Shown: piece by piece, positions 39,248-51,230 of the stretch
Position numbering within the stretch: position 1 is the first letter of the stretch
Layout: each line of letters begins with the position of its first letter
NCBI RefSeq assembly: GCF_009914755.1
Contig: NC_060935.1
Source of the DNA: the human T2T-CHM13v2.0 reference genome, Homo sapiens
DNA length: 64,000 nt
Strand: one strand, 5' to 3'
Notes under the pieces: generated by a model
Told to the model about the DNA's origin: nothing
Database searches by the model: none
Seen by the model: only the letters and a program-made list of their open reading frames with translations
Made by a program: the position numbers and the translations under genes

Positions 39248-39899
39248 CAAGTTGCCCTTTGGTTTTAGCGGTGACCCTGGCTTTTAATCCTGGTGAGCAG
39301 AATGAATTAGAGAACTACTGTCAGGGGTAAGGCCTTGCAATCGTATATTATTGTTTCACATCTTCATTCCTCTATTGAGATATTAAGGTTTTAGAATTCC
39401 AATTTGTAAGCTATTCGTAATTCTCATTTGAAGGCTGTGTAGAGAGATTTTGGATGTGATTTCTTGGTAGTAAGCTTTTCACCTTGCAACAGTTTCAGAC
39501 AGAAGGAAAAGACACTGGATTCAATTTGCACACTCCTACTCCCCTGCTGCATAGATCTTGGCTCCTGAGGAGATCTTTGAAGCCTTGTCCCTTTAATGGG
39601 ACAAAAAAGGAGTCATAGCATATGGGGAGAGCAAGGTTTACCTGATCAAGAAGGTAATGTTTAGGCAGGAAGAAGAGAGAGAAAGAATAACGTATTATTT
39701 TCTAATATTAGAAATGTTATGTTTTCATAATTTCAATCTACTTGAAAATGCATGATTAAGGAATGCACTAAGAATCAGGTAGTTCTGGGGAGGAAGTATC
39801 ACATTATTGATACAATTGTAACCCTGATGTCACTAAAGTTACCTCCCACTCTGAACTTCAGAAAAATTTATTTAGTCTCCCTAACTCATATCCATGTGG

Positions 39900-40041
39900 A
39901 AAATTGCTCCAGAAGGAATGCAGTCTTGCTGACACTTTGATGTTAACCCAGTGAAACCCATTTTGGACTTCTGACCTCCAGAACTACAGGACGATAAAAG
40001 TGTTTTAAGCCGCTGAATACAGCCCATAGGAAACAAATACA
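39900..40041 (+). mobile_element. MLT1C/D LTR 3' part
   Basis: ccagaaggaatgcagtcttgctgacac...ttggacttctgacctccagaact...ataggaaacaaataca. Confidence 0.8.
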
Positions 40042-41004
40042 CCTTCTTGTCCTTCTGCAGGGACTTTATGTGTAGGCTTCCCATGAACACAAAAGGCGGT
40101 AGGAGACTGTCAATGGGGCCATTTCCCAATTGTTCCAATTGTTGGGGGCACACTGAACGTCCCTGCAAAGGGATTCAGTCTCCATCTCTGGGTTTGGTGA
40201 CTTCAGCTGACTTTTCCCCTCTGATTTCCCACCCATCCAATGGGAGGGGTAGCTTTTCTTGGCAGCTAGGCATAATATCCCCTCAAGTCACTGAAGCGGC
40301 CAGCAGGATCACATCCCATCCTGGCCCAGAGGTACCCGAGCAAAAGCCTGACAGTGGAGGGAGTTTCTTCAAAGCCGCAGCTCAGGCTGCTCAGCGCTGC
40401 CTGTGTGACAGTTCCAGTAGAGGGGTGTGTCACACAGCCATTATCCAGTCACATCTTAAGTGCAGCCCGCTGGGCTCAAATACCACTTTGGGAAGCAATA
40501 AATAATTTTCTGTTATTGGCGAGGGTCGCTGCAAGTTTCCTCCTGATTTTTGACACTTGTTTCCACAGCCCATTGCTGTTACAAAATGAAAACCCAGCAT
40601 TAAATGTTTAATTCTGAAATACATTTTCTCAAGAGGTGTTCATTTGAGCTCCCTGGATTTTGAGCTTTTTTTTTCCACCCTTGTCTGCAAACTCTCTCAG
40701 CCCTAGGCACCCCTGCTGCAAGCCACTGAAGGATGAAGAATAAAATGATTGCTTTCAAGAATGGGTAATCACTGGTCTCAAGCACTCTGTCAAATAGCAT
40801 CATCAGCAGAAGGCAAGTGGGGAAGCTGTCTTCACTTCTCTAATGGCTGGAGGCTGTAGCTACTACTTGTAATCAGGAGCCCTAGCCTTTTCCTGCATAC
40901 TGGATAGGAGTTACCACTTAAGCAATTTATAGCCAACTCATTATGCCTATTTGGAGATTGAAAAGCATACTTTGGTAACATTCATATCATGTTTGGAATT
41001 GCAG

Positions 41005-41200
41005 TTCTTTTACTTCCTAGCTGTAGATCTTAGGCAAGATACCTCTTAGGAGCCTCTGAGTCCTTGTCTATTATATAGGGGTTATATCTTCCTTGTAGGG
41101 TTCTTCTGAAAATCACAGATGGTGTGTGATGCAAAGTGCTTAGCACAGTACTTGGCACAGAACTGAGTAGTTGCTCAGGAAATCCTAATTCTCGTTATTA
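41005..41200 (+). mobile_element. MIR SINE
   Basis: tagctgtagatcttaggcaag...aaagtgcttagcacagtacttggcacag. Confidence 0.7.
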
Positions 41201-41355
41201 GTAAATATTAAAACAAGTTCTATATTTACAGTTTCCTCTTCCATTGTGTATTAGCTTATTAGCTCCACTTATCAGATGAGGAAGGTAAAGCTCAGATGTT
41301 TTAGTGACTTGGTTAGTAGATAATGTGCCACTGACCAGAGCCAGTTTGTCTGGCT

Positions 41356-41521
41356 CAGGGCTACATGCAAAGTGTGGCTCAGCATCACCTGGGAGCTTGC
41401 TAGAAATGCAAATTTCTTGGGCCTACCTACGGAGTCAGCATCTCTCAGGATGAAACCCAGGAATCTGCTGTAGGAAGTTCTCCAGGTAATTTGTGGGCAC
41501 ACCAAACTTCAAGTAGCACTG
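41356..41521. mobile_element. MER5A hAT MITE
   Basis: cagcatcacctgggagcttgctagaaatgcaaatttcttgggcc...cccaggaatctg. Confidence 0.85.
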
Positions 41522-42094
41522 TTTGAACTATGATTCAGAGAGCTCTCATCAATGTGCCATACTGCCATCTCAGCCCCAACTTCAAACTAAGACATCCTCC
41601 TGGACAATAGGATAAGGCTGACCACTGTGGGACACAATCCGGATCAGCCTCTCTCCTCTTCTTCCCTTTTTCCTGCCCCCACATAACCATACTTCAGTGA
41701 ACATGAAAAAAAAAAATGCTGCTAACCAGTCCCAAACCAGGAACTGTATTTTTTACTAGAAAAAAGCACTAATAGGAATTTCTTTGCTTGATTTAACACC
41801 AAAAAAGAGACATGCTGCAGCAATGCATTGGGCATAATGGGAGATACCTCCCATTATGTGAGCACTTTGAGCTCACTACATGTTGCCTGGCATTCGACAA
41901 GACGACAGAAGACAGCCAGCGTATCTGGTGGGTGGCAATGGCGGGAAAAACTGTTGACTCATGGGCCTGATGTCGGATATTTAGACGACTAATTGATGTT
42001 CATAGCTCCATCTGCTTATTTCATCAAACCTCAGAGACTTCCTTTGGCCTCGACATTAAGACCAATAACTTTGGAGGCTTAAAATACTGATCAA

Positions 42095-42590
42095 GAGCCT
42101 GAGCTGTAAGCCAGGCAGACTTGGATTTCAATCTTTTTTTTTCTCTGCAGCTAGCTACATGATCCTGGACCCAGGGTTTATTTTTGAGTCTCAATGTCTT
42201 CATCTCTTTAAAGGAGGGATCTGCAAACTTTCTCTGTGAAGTTCCAGATTGTAAATATTTTTGTCTTTGTGGGCCATATAGCCTGTGTCTCAACTAATCA
42301 ACTCTGCCACTGTAGCATGAGCATAGCCATGGGCAATATGTCAATAAATGGTATGACTGTGTGCTAATAAAATGTTACTTATAAAAACAGGTAGTGGGCT
42401 GGATTTGCACTGCAACTGGTAGTTTTCTAAGGTAGTTTTCACAGTTCTAAGGTACTGAAACCCTGCTCTAAGAGGAGGTGCTAATAGTGTTTGTTTTCAG
42501 ATTTATTATGAAGATTAATGTGATAACATAATGTGTACACCTAGTACCTAGTGTAAAGTAGTTATTAAACAATTGGTATCATTATTTTTA
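42095..42590 (+). mobile_element. MIR, split by MER58A
   Basis: gagtctcaatgtcttcatctc before the MITE; tatgaagattaatgtgataa...tagtacctagtgtaaagtag after it. Confidence 0.65.
42214..42465 (-). mobile_element. MER58A hAT MITE with an insertion in its terminal repeat
   Basis: ctgcaaactttctctgtgaa...tttgtgggccatatagcctgtg...ctctgccactgtagc; TSD ctttaaag/ctctaaga. Confidence 0.85.
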
Positions 42591-42779
42591 TAAGCTATAT
42601 CCAAATGGCATATTGATATATATTTAAAAATAGAGAGTGAGATGGTAGGACTGAGAACTTGAGTAAAAACAAGATTCTACATCTTGTTTTTAATGACCTA
42701 TTCCTCCATATTAGGAGCTAGAAGATATATATGCATATAGAACAAAGCAAAAATCGTATAATAACGGTGATGGTGATGA

Positions 42780-43045
42780 TAATAATGACAACAGTAGCAC
42801 ATATTAAGTACTTGCTCTAAATCTGGAATTATTCTAGGTTCTTTACTTTTATTCCTTATTCAATTCTCACAAACAGTCCTGTTAAGGTCTGTACTATTTT
42901 TAGCTTACTTTTATTACAAAGAAATCAAGGCACAGAAGTTGAGTAATTTGCCCAAGATAACATAGCTCTAAATTGCAGGACTGGAATATGGACGTAGGCA
43001 GTCTGGTTTCAGAGCCAACTCTCCTAACCACTGGGCGACAGTGCC
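42780..43045 (-). mobile_element. MIR SINE
   Basis: aagaaatcaaggcacagaagttgagtaatttgcccaag...ggcagtctggtttcagagcc. Confidence 0.8.
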
Positions 43046-43776
43046 TCCCTAAATGCGACACTGCCCTGATGTCACCCGATGAGTCCTGTGGAGAAGAAAT
43101 GCTCCAGTGGATGCCCAGCCTACATGTCTTTCAACCCCGGACTGCCTATGGTATGCTGTTGTTTGGGACTTCCATGTCCTTTGTTGCCTTGCCCCTCCTT
43201 TTCTCCATTGCAGTCTCTATATAGGCCATCTAGTCTGATGTTCCTCTGGGGGATCTGCTTTTGGCTCTGCATCATAGCTGTATCTCCCCAACATCCTAGA
43301 TCTATCTCCCTTGGTTTCAAAACATCCTAGGTGCTCTGGTAATGATCTTGACAACCTTTATGCTGGCTCCTACCAACTCATTCACTTCTTTTTCACCTGC
43401 TCTTCTTATTGGGAATGCGATCGTTTTGAGTAGAGCTGTGGGAGACACAGAAGGTGAGACTTGACTCCAGGACATCAACTACGATTTCCTGAAGGTAATT
43501 GGCAAAGGGTTTCTAAACAGTCTGGCCGTCCCACACCAGGGTTTAATGGCCTACCTTCTGTTGCTGTTGGTCACATGCCTCAGCTTAGAACTGTGCCTGC
43601 TCATGAATCAGGTATATCTGATGGCTTCTCTATCTCTTCCAGACAAATAAAGGGCTAAACTGAGGCCTGGAGAGGAATTATTCTTGAATTATTTTCAGAT
43701 TCTCCCTCGCTATGATGCTAAGTTCCTGGTAATGAAGTTTTTCCTGATCTGTGACATCCCACAATCCAAAATGAAG

Positions 43777-43780
<4 letters not shown>

Positions 43781-43810
<30 letters not shown>
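43781..43810 (+). repeat. (AC)15 microsatellite
   Basis: direct. Confidence 0.95.
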
Positions 43811-43816
<6 letters not shown>

Positions 43817-44309
43817 CCCACAGAGCCATAGCTGGCATGGGCATTCTTGTTTCAGCTGTTTATTTGAAGGAAAGTAAGACTAACTGTGTCTAACTTATTG
43901 AATGCAAGAAAAGAAAAGAAAAGAAAAGAAAAATAGCTTAATTATAATGTCAGGATGCTGGATATAATAATGACAATAACTATATTTACAAGGTTCACTA
44001 TGTGCCAGGCACTGTTCTAAGTCACAGTTCTAAGTTACTGAAAGTCTTTTCTTACTAATGACAAATTCATTAGTCAAGATCAAGTGCGACTCAGCATTAA
44101 GAACATAAAAACCAAATCGCTAAGAAGAGGAAACATTCAGAAATTCACACTAGTTACCAGGATGAGTATGGAAACATTAAAGTGAGGGGCAGAGAGAGAA
44201 GAGGCAGGGACATAATGAATCATATTGTTGGAAACTCAGATACATGCTGGGCAAGTATTGGGGTGGAGCAGGTTATGGGGAGGAGAGAGTAGAGAGTAGA
44301 AAAGATAAA

Positions 44310-44930
44310 ACGTTATTGAGAACTTAATATGTGATATGCATTTCCTATATGAAATTTCATTTAATTCACCCCTTACAACAGTGTCTTAACCATCTCAGGT
44401 TGCCATAACAAAATACGTACTGGGTGGCTTACACAACAGGTGCTTATTTCTCATAATTCTGGAGGACAGTCCGAGATCACAGTGCAGGCTGATTCAGTTC
44501 CCAGAGAGGGCTCTTTCTGGCTTGCACATGGCTGCTTTCTTGCTTATGTCCTCAGATGGCCTTTCTTCTATGCGTGTGCATGTAGAGAGAAACCTGTCTT
44601 CCTCTTCTTTTTATAAGGCCACTAAACCTACCAATTAGGACCCGACTCTTAAGAATTCATTTAATCTTAAATGTCCTCTAAAAGTCCTGCCTCCAAATAT
44701 AGACACATTAGGGTTAGGGCTTCAACACATGAATTCTGGGGAGACACAATTTAGTCCATAGTTAGCGCTATGAGAAGGGGAGTATCAATTTTAGTTGATA
44801 GATGAGAAAGTTAACACTTAGAGGTGGTAATAAACTTGTCCATGGCTGCAAATCTAGGATATGGATGGGAAAGCCAGGTTCAAACCCAGAAACTGTGATT
44901 CCTGGGCTTTCCTGCATCTTAGGCCACTTC
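44310..44930 (-). mobile_element. MIR, split by an MLT1A LTR
   Basis: tcatttaattc...acaac before the LTR; ctatgag...atagatgagaaag...ggttcaaacccag after it. Confidence 0.65.
44382..44764 (-). mobile_element. MLT1A/MLT1A0 LTR
   Basis: gttgccataacaaaatac...ttatttctcataattctggagg...gggttagggcttcaacacatgaattctgggg. Confidence 0.85.
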
Positions 44931-45654
44931 ACTCATGGGGGATGGTACAGGAAAGTCTGTGGGAGCCTTCGGTAGTCCTGGGGACCAAGGGAGACCTCTT
45001 GGATCAGGCTCTCATGTTAATCTTTCCCAGGTGGACACAGGAAAAAAGAATGTGTTTTTTCCTTTTTTTTTTTCTCTGCCTCTCTTAGATGATTGGGTAA
45101 AGCAGATGTTCTGTCCATTTCTAGAGAAATTGGCAGGCCCTGGAGATACTGAGTGGACTTCTATGATTTTCTACTGTCTGTGCCAATGAGACTGAGCCTT
45201 TCAATGTTTCTGTTTAGCCTGATGCTGCCAGGATTGTTAATAAAGCCTGCGCCTCTCTAGTGGCAGTGGTGGCCATCTGCCCTTTAGGCCATCTATGTGG
45301 TTGCCCAGAAGTAACCTCTCATTGTCTGTAGCAATAAATCCAAGCTGGAAGCCTGTCTGACAGAAAGGACTTTTACCTCCTCAACTGTCTTCTTCCTAAT
45401 GTATCTTCAGAGTGTCATTTTGCCATGCCAGGATATTGTAGCTGATAACTTAACTTCTTTATCCATTCAGCCTGGAAGAATGCATGTGGACACTGTTCAC
45501 CTTGTCAGGAAGAATCAGTTCTTCCATTAGAAAAGGAAGAAAAGAAAGCACCAGGTGAGGTCAGCCATGGCCACATTTTTTCAGTGCTAGGTGTGGACAG
45601 GCAGGCATGAAAACTAAGAATAGATCTCCTGCAAACCGACCTTTAAAAAGGTAC

Positions 45655-46290
45655 ACATAAAATGCAAATTAAGAAAAAAAAATACAGTGCCATTTTCTCT
45701 TTATTAGATTGGCAAAGGTTTTTTTTAAGATGTTCAAATATTCAGCTTTGGTGAGATTGCAGTGAAATCTCATTACATTTATTTGCACAGCCTTTCTGGG
45801 GGGCAATTTGGCATCATGTTTCAAAAATCTTTAAAAGGCACATACCTTCTGAAACAAGCACATCCACTTTTAGAAATGTATTCTAAGAGAATCATGCATC
45901 TTCAAAAGTATTTTGCTATGAGGACGTTCATCTCAGCCTTTATAATTGTGAAAATTGAAATAACTAAAAGCTAATAATAGCATAGTTAAGTAATTTATGG
46001 TTCATTAATACCATGAAATAATATCTAGACATAAAGAATCTGACATATTAAGTAATTGTTGACCTAGAAAGATACTTATGATATATTTTAAATTAAAAAA
46101 CAGGTTACAAGTTAGCATATACACTGTGATTTATTCTACATACTATATGTATTAGATATTTAAAGTCCAGAAAGTTATGTACTTAAGTTGTTCAATGGTA
46201 TAAAGGCATATGATCACAGTTTTCATTGCCTTCCTATATTTCTATTACATTTCTCCTATAATAAAGTCTCATTTTTCTAATAAAAAAGCT
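45655..46290 (+). mobile_element. L1ME-like ORF2 end/3' UTR fragment
   Basis: atgcaaattaa...attagattggcaaag...cagcctttctggggggcaatttggca...ccacttttagaaatgtattctaag. Confidence 0.7.
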
Positions 46291-48079
46291 TATTTTAAAC
46301 TTTTTAAAATTTTTTATTTTAAACTATAAAAAGAAACAATTGCTTAGAAGGTATAAAGGACCACAGATGTAGATACAGAATCTAGCCCAATCCACTGCCT
46401 TATCACCATCTACCTCTGTCTTAGCTTCTATTTCTTCTCTCAGACACTAGCTCCTTTCCTTGGCCATCTGTGGCACTACAATGTTGAATTGCATGAAGTA
46501 TTAGAAATGTTTTCATGAATCTATAGTTTGGAAGTAAGAAGGAGCAAACATTTACTAAATGGAGGGAACCACAAAACAGAAAAACTTTTTTTATTTGTAT
46601 CACAAAAAGCCAAAATTTGTAACTTCTTTGGGTACAATAGAGAATTGTAGCTAGCATCAGAACTCTAGCTAGTGTCTACACTGAGGACAGGACAATAAGA
46701 AATTCTATAAATTAGATTTCTACTTTGACTAGTAGTTCCATAATTATTGTTTATTTATACAACAGTTTCCAACTCAGCAATGAAAATATGCTTATTTAAC
46801 TCATATTTTTGAAATGAATTATATTTCCCTGCTGGAACAAGTCTGAAAATATTTTGCAGTAACAAGACCAATTAAAGCAAAATTACTCTATTTTAAAATT
46901 TTGGCTTTGAGAATAGAAGTTTAAAATTAAGCACACTTCATGAGCTAACTTACAGTATTATGATCTCAAACCAAGGAATAACAAATTCCTAAAATCCTGT
47001 TGCTGTTTTTTTTCTATTCTTATATTTATTTAAAACCATTTCTGTGTTTCTAAAGAATAACACAACTCAGTTTTATAATAAGAGTGTTGTGCTGTTTCCT
47101 GTCACTTCCACTTTCTCATCTGGAATTAATTTAAATGAATATCAGCTTAGTGCTCCATAGGATCTAATCTATTTACCACCCACTAAAGTTAACTGGACTA
47201 ATTTCATTATGTCATAGTTGACACTACATTGCTTATCCTAGTGAAGAGTTGAATTCTCAGTTCTGAGATGGTCTCTGGGATATGCAAATTCAAGATGTAG
47301 CTCTGCTCTGCCCAGCTTGGCTGGATTTTGTGTTATGACATAACTGTAATTTGTTTGGAATAATTCCTGTCCCTTCTGTTTCTGGTCCTTTAAATCAGTC
47401 AGATACACCCAGATACCTCAACTGATTCTAAATAAGTCTGACCCCACGATACTTTTTTTTGTGAACCTTCCTAGACCTGCTGTTCCTACTTCCTCTTTAT
47501 TCCATCTCTTCCTTCTGAATCCCAACTCTAATCCTCTGGATCTTAGGTCTTAGCATTTATAGTTGGTGGTGAATCAAATACCAAGCAGACCTTCACTAAG
47601 AGATGTTAATGTTAATAAGCTTAGAGGTAGCAACTATGTGTTATGGCTACAACCCTCTCTTCTTTTACCTTACCCACAGTAAACATTGCTAATCTTCATG
47701 GCACTTTTCCTTCTGAGCCTTAATGAAGTCTCTCGATAGAGCTCTTCAAGCAATCACTACCAATTCAATGGGTGAGATGTGTGTCACAAAATCTACTTGC
47801 CATTTCTGGGCTGATGCTCCTAGCTCCTCTTGCTTTGGACAGCTGCTGGTATAACATCCTCTCTAAAGCCTTTAGAGACCAGTCCAGTACAGGCCACATG
47901 TTTGGTACCCCAGCCCCTTCCTATGCAGTGGATATCTTTGATTAATTGAACTTGTGATTCTAAAACAAGAGATTCTTTATTCAACAATTCTTTCTTCAAA
48001 AGCTTCCTTGGTACTTCAGAGCATGACTTGTTAAATAAAATTGTCAGCTGTTGAAGGATGCACTCCTTCACTCCCAAAT

Positions 48080-48345
48080 CCATTCAGCATTCACCTGTTA
48101 TCGACAGGACATGTCAACCAAATATAGTGCTGGCATAATGGGGAACACACATAAACAGGATGTAGTTACTATCTTCAAAGAGTATAAATCCATAGGAGGG
48201 GGTCTGAAACTTATCACAGTATGAAGCAGAACAAGCCATGTGCCTTAGAAAGGGAGACTGAGTGCTATGGAAGCCCAGAGAGAGAGAGAGAGAGAGAGAT
48301 CATTTTCCACTCATTGTTGGAGAAGTTGCTCATGGGAAAGGTAGC
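48080..48345 (-). mobile_element. L2 3' end with (GA)n
   Basis: cattcagcattc...gtgctatggaagcccagagag. Confidence 0.5.
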
Positions 48346-48354
48346 AATTAAGGT

Positions 48355-48545
48355 GCACACTGGCTCTTCTACTAGGTATGTAACCTTGAACATGTTATTT
48401 CACCTCTCTAAGCCTCAGGTTCGTCAGTTATATTGTGAGAATAATATTAGTCACTTTGCAAAGAATTTCAGCAAGGATTAGATGAAGAAAATGGAGAGAA
48501 ATTCAAGCTGGCACACTGTAAGTGTTCAATAAATGCTAATTCTGT
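48355..48545 (+). mobile_element. MIR SINE
   Basis: tgtaaccttgaacatgttatttcacctctctaagcctcag...gtaagtgttcaataaatgcta. Confidence 0.75.
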
Positions 48546-49159
48546 GAGCGCCCCTGGACTTAGACCATGAGAAGAAAGAAAAGTAAACTTCTCTTTACTG
48601 GTCACCCTGTGCAGCTGACCCTGTTCCTGCGTTTTCCTCCATCACTGCATGGTCTCCCTTCAGAAGCATTTACAGTGGTGCTAGTGGTAGGGGTAGAAGA
48701 GGAATAGAAGGAGAGGGAAGAAGGGGAGGAAGCAGAAGGAAGTTACAATGGATAAGGAGTGAGGAAGATCAGTTTTCTTGAAGAACTTTACTTATCTTTT
48801 CAGTAGTTGAGGTGTCATGGCTGAGAAAGATTTTTGAAAAGCATTCTGCAATCTGGTCCATGGAAAGAGATGTTAACTTCTCTTGCATTCTCACCTGGCA
48901 TTGCCAGGGATGGTGGTAGAATTGTTCTAATCCTAAACCCCAAGAAGCCTCTCAGTGAACATTCATCTGCACCCAATGATCATGATAGCTAAATGTTCCT
49001 TGTAGCTGTAGACCCTCAGATTCATTCTTACATTGATTTTTCCCCAAATCTATCTCTTAATAATGCTCTCAGACTGGATGACCTACTGTTGGCTTCACAT
49101 ATTTTGCAAGAATAATATAAAGCTCCAATGCCATGGAAACACGTTTGGTGGCTTAATTC

Positions 49160-49319
49160 AGTAGATCACAATTTTGGCTGCAAATTAAAATCACTGGCAA
49201 AGCAGGGTCTCCTCCCCCTGAGATTTTGATTTAATTTATCTAGGGTGAGATCTTGGTCTCAGTCATTTTTAAAGCTCCCCAGGTGATTCTTAATGTGCAG
49301 TTAGGGTCGAGCACCACTA
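49160..49319. mobile_element. MER5A/B hAT MITE
   Basis: gagattttgatttaattt...tttttaaagctccccaggtgattcttaatgtgcag. Confidence 0.75.
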
Positions 49320-50374
49320 ATTTAATTGAATACATTTTGAGAGGAAAACCTCAGTCTTAATTTGCCTATTAACTGTAATATATAAAAAAAGACAAACATT
49401 GAAGAAAATTACAGGAGAAAAAAATAGTCCTTATCTGTTGGAGACAAATGTTAGCCTTTTAAAATAGCTAGGCTAAAAAGGCAACATTCATGACAAGACT
49501 ATGCATAAATAGACATTTTTGTCAAAAGGTTTGGCTGATTATTTGGGGCATTGTATAAAGATAGAGACACTCCAAGGATTGGAAACTGGTCCCAGGATTA
49601 GAAATTTGGAAGGATTTTGTGTTGAATTATGAAATAAAAACACTGTCTAAGTTTAGCAAAAGTAATTTCCCAATGAGTTATTGCTCAATATTATCTTTAC
49701 ACATTAAATCTTGGCATCCCTAAAAGGGAAATTGAAGAGCTTTGTGGACTTTTTAATATATAGGACTGGCCCTGGATATACCCATAGGCAAGACAGCTGA
49801 GACTTGCCTTAAAAGGGGCTGGGAAAGCAGATTGGCTATCTGTTTGGACCCTATAATTTTACCAAGGACATAGAGTGGAAGGAGTTGCATAAGAGTACAA
49901 AGCTGTAGTCCAGCTTTGACCAACTAGTCCATTTATTCATATTGCTGAATTAAATATTTAATGCTTATTGAATGGCCATTTCATTCTTGATTCTAGAAGG
50001 AGTCCCCTTATTGAAACTGAGGGACAGGGTAGGAGCTTGAGCACAAGAAATAGAGAAAAAAATCCAGGTAGTAACTAGGACCCTCACTCATTCTTATATC
50101 CCACAGAGCTTTTATTGGTCACGTCAGGTGCATGGTCTAGGCAGAGCCAATAGCAAAACTGGTGATGCTAGGTCACCTGGGCTATTGACTCTGCTGATAA
50201 ACAGGGATGGGATTCAGCACCAGCAGTTGCAAAAATAGAGGGGCAGAATATGGCAGGTCACTCTTGTGTATAGTCAGGAAGTACTTCTGACTCATCCTTA
50301 ATGAAATCAAATCCATGGGTAAAACATCTCCAACCTTTTCCCAAAGTGAGACATAGCCAGAAAACCTCCTCTGG

Positions 50375-50560
50375 AAAGATTACCAGATATAATATAGAAC
50401 ATCAATTAAATGTGAATTTCAGATAGACAACAAATACCTTTTAAATTATAAATATGTCCTATTTTGGCCCAAAATAGTTATATTAGAGAAAAGTATTTAC
50501 TATGTTATTGAAATTCAAATTTAACTGGATGCCTTCTATTTTAATGTTTTAAACTCCCTG
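50375..50560. mobile_element. MER53 palindromic hAT MITE
   Basis: aattaaatgtgaatttcagatagacaac ... tgaaattcaaatttaactggatg inverted arms. Confidence 0.75.
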
Positions 50561-51190
50561 AACTCCCTTTCCCCGATAATCTACCTTAGTTTCCTTTCTT
50601 CTGTGTTCACATGGGACTTAGCACCTGGTATCACTATTAGCTATTAAAACTTTCCCTACCCTGTTTGCATTGTATAAGGTACAGGCCTTTAGGAGCCTGG
50701 CACAAGTAAGCTGTCAGGAAAAGTTAATTGAATGGAATGATGATGGCAACAAATATGTCTGAGCACAAAAGTATGGCTGGTTTAGAACAAGATGTTTTTT
50801 GCTATCAGAGAAGCAATTCTATATGCAGCTGACGCTGGTGTTACATGAAAACATTTCTAGGGCTAGTCTAAGCTTTGTAATTGAGAACCACCCTCTCCAT
50901 TCTAGCTTTCTAGAAGCAAAGTGAAGCAGTTTGTGGTGTCTTCCTGCCCCATGGAGGGTCTGGGATTGGATTGTTAGACTAGCAGAGTTGACAGGCACAT
51001 CTTGTGGCAGGTGCTTCTTTTACTGCTGTTGAAATGTCCAAAGTTTCTATCTGCCTGCTGTACCTCAAAGCTGAAAAACATTGAATCAGGTCCTGTGGGG
51101 GGTGGTAAGTGCATAGGTTTCCTTTGACTTCGTATTCTTGCTGTGTGGAAATGTCAGAAATTGATAAATTTTAGAAAAGGCAACTGGAGC

Positions 51191-51223
<33 letters not shown>

Positions 51224-51230
51224 ACACACA
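51191..51230 (+). repeat. (CA)~20 microsatellite with one TA interruption
   Basis: direct. Confidence 0.95.

Noticed and set aside
40047-40505. Longest ORF (152 aa)
   Set aside because: Begins at a non-ATG codon right after an MLT1 LTR; no recognisable domain or splice context; consistent with chance
45249-45264. CTCF-like site (reverse complement ccactagagaggcgc)
   Set aside because: An extra base disrupts the GGC core spacing; too weak without ChIP data
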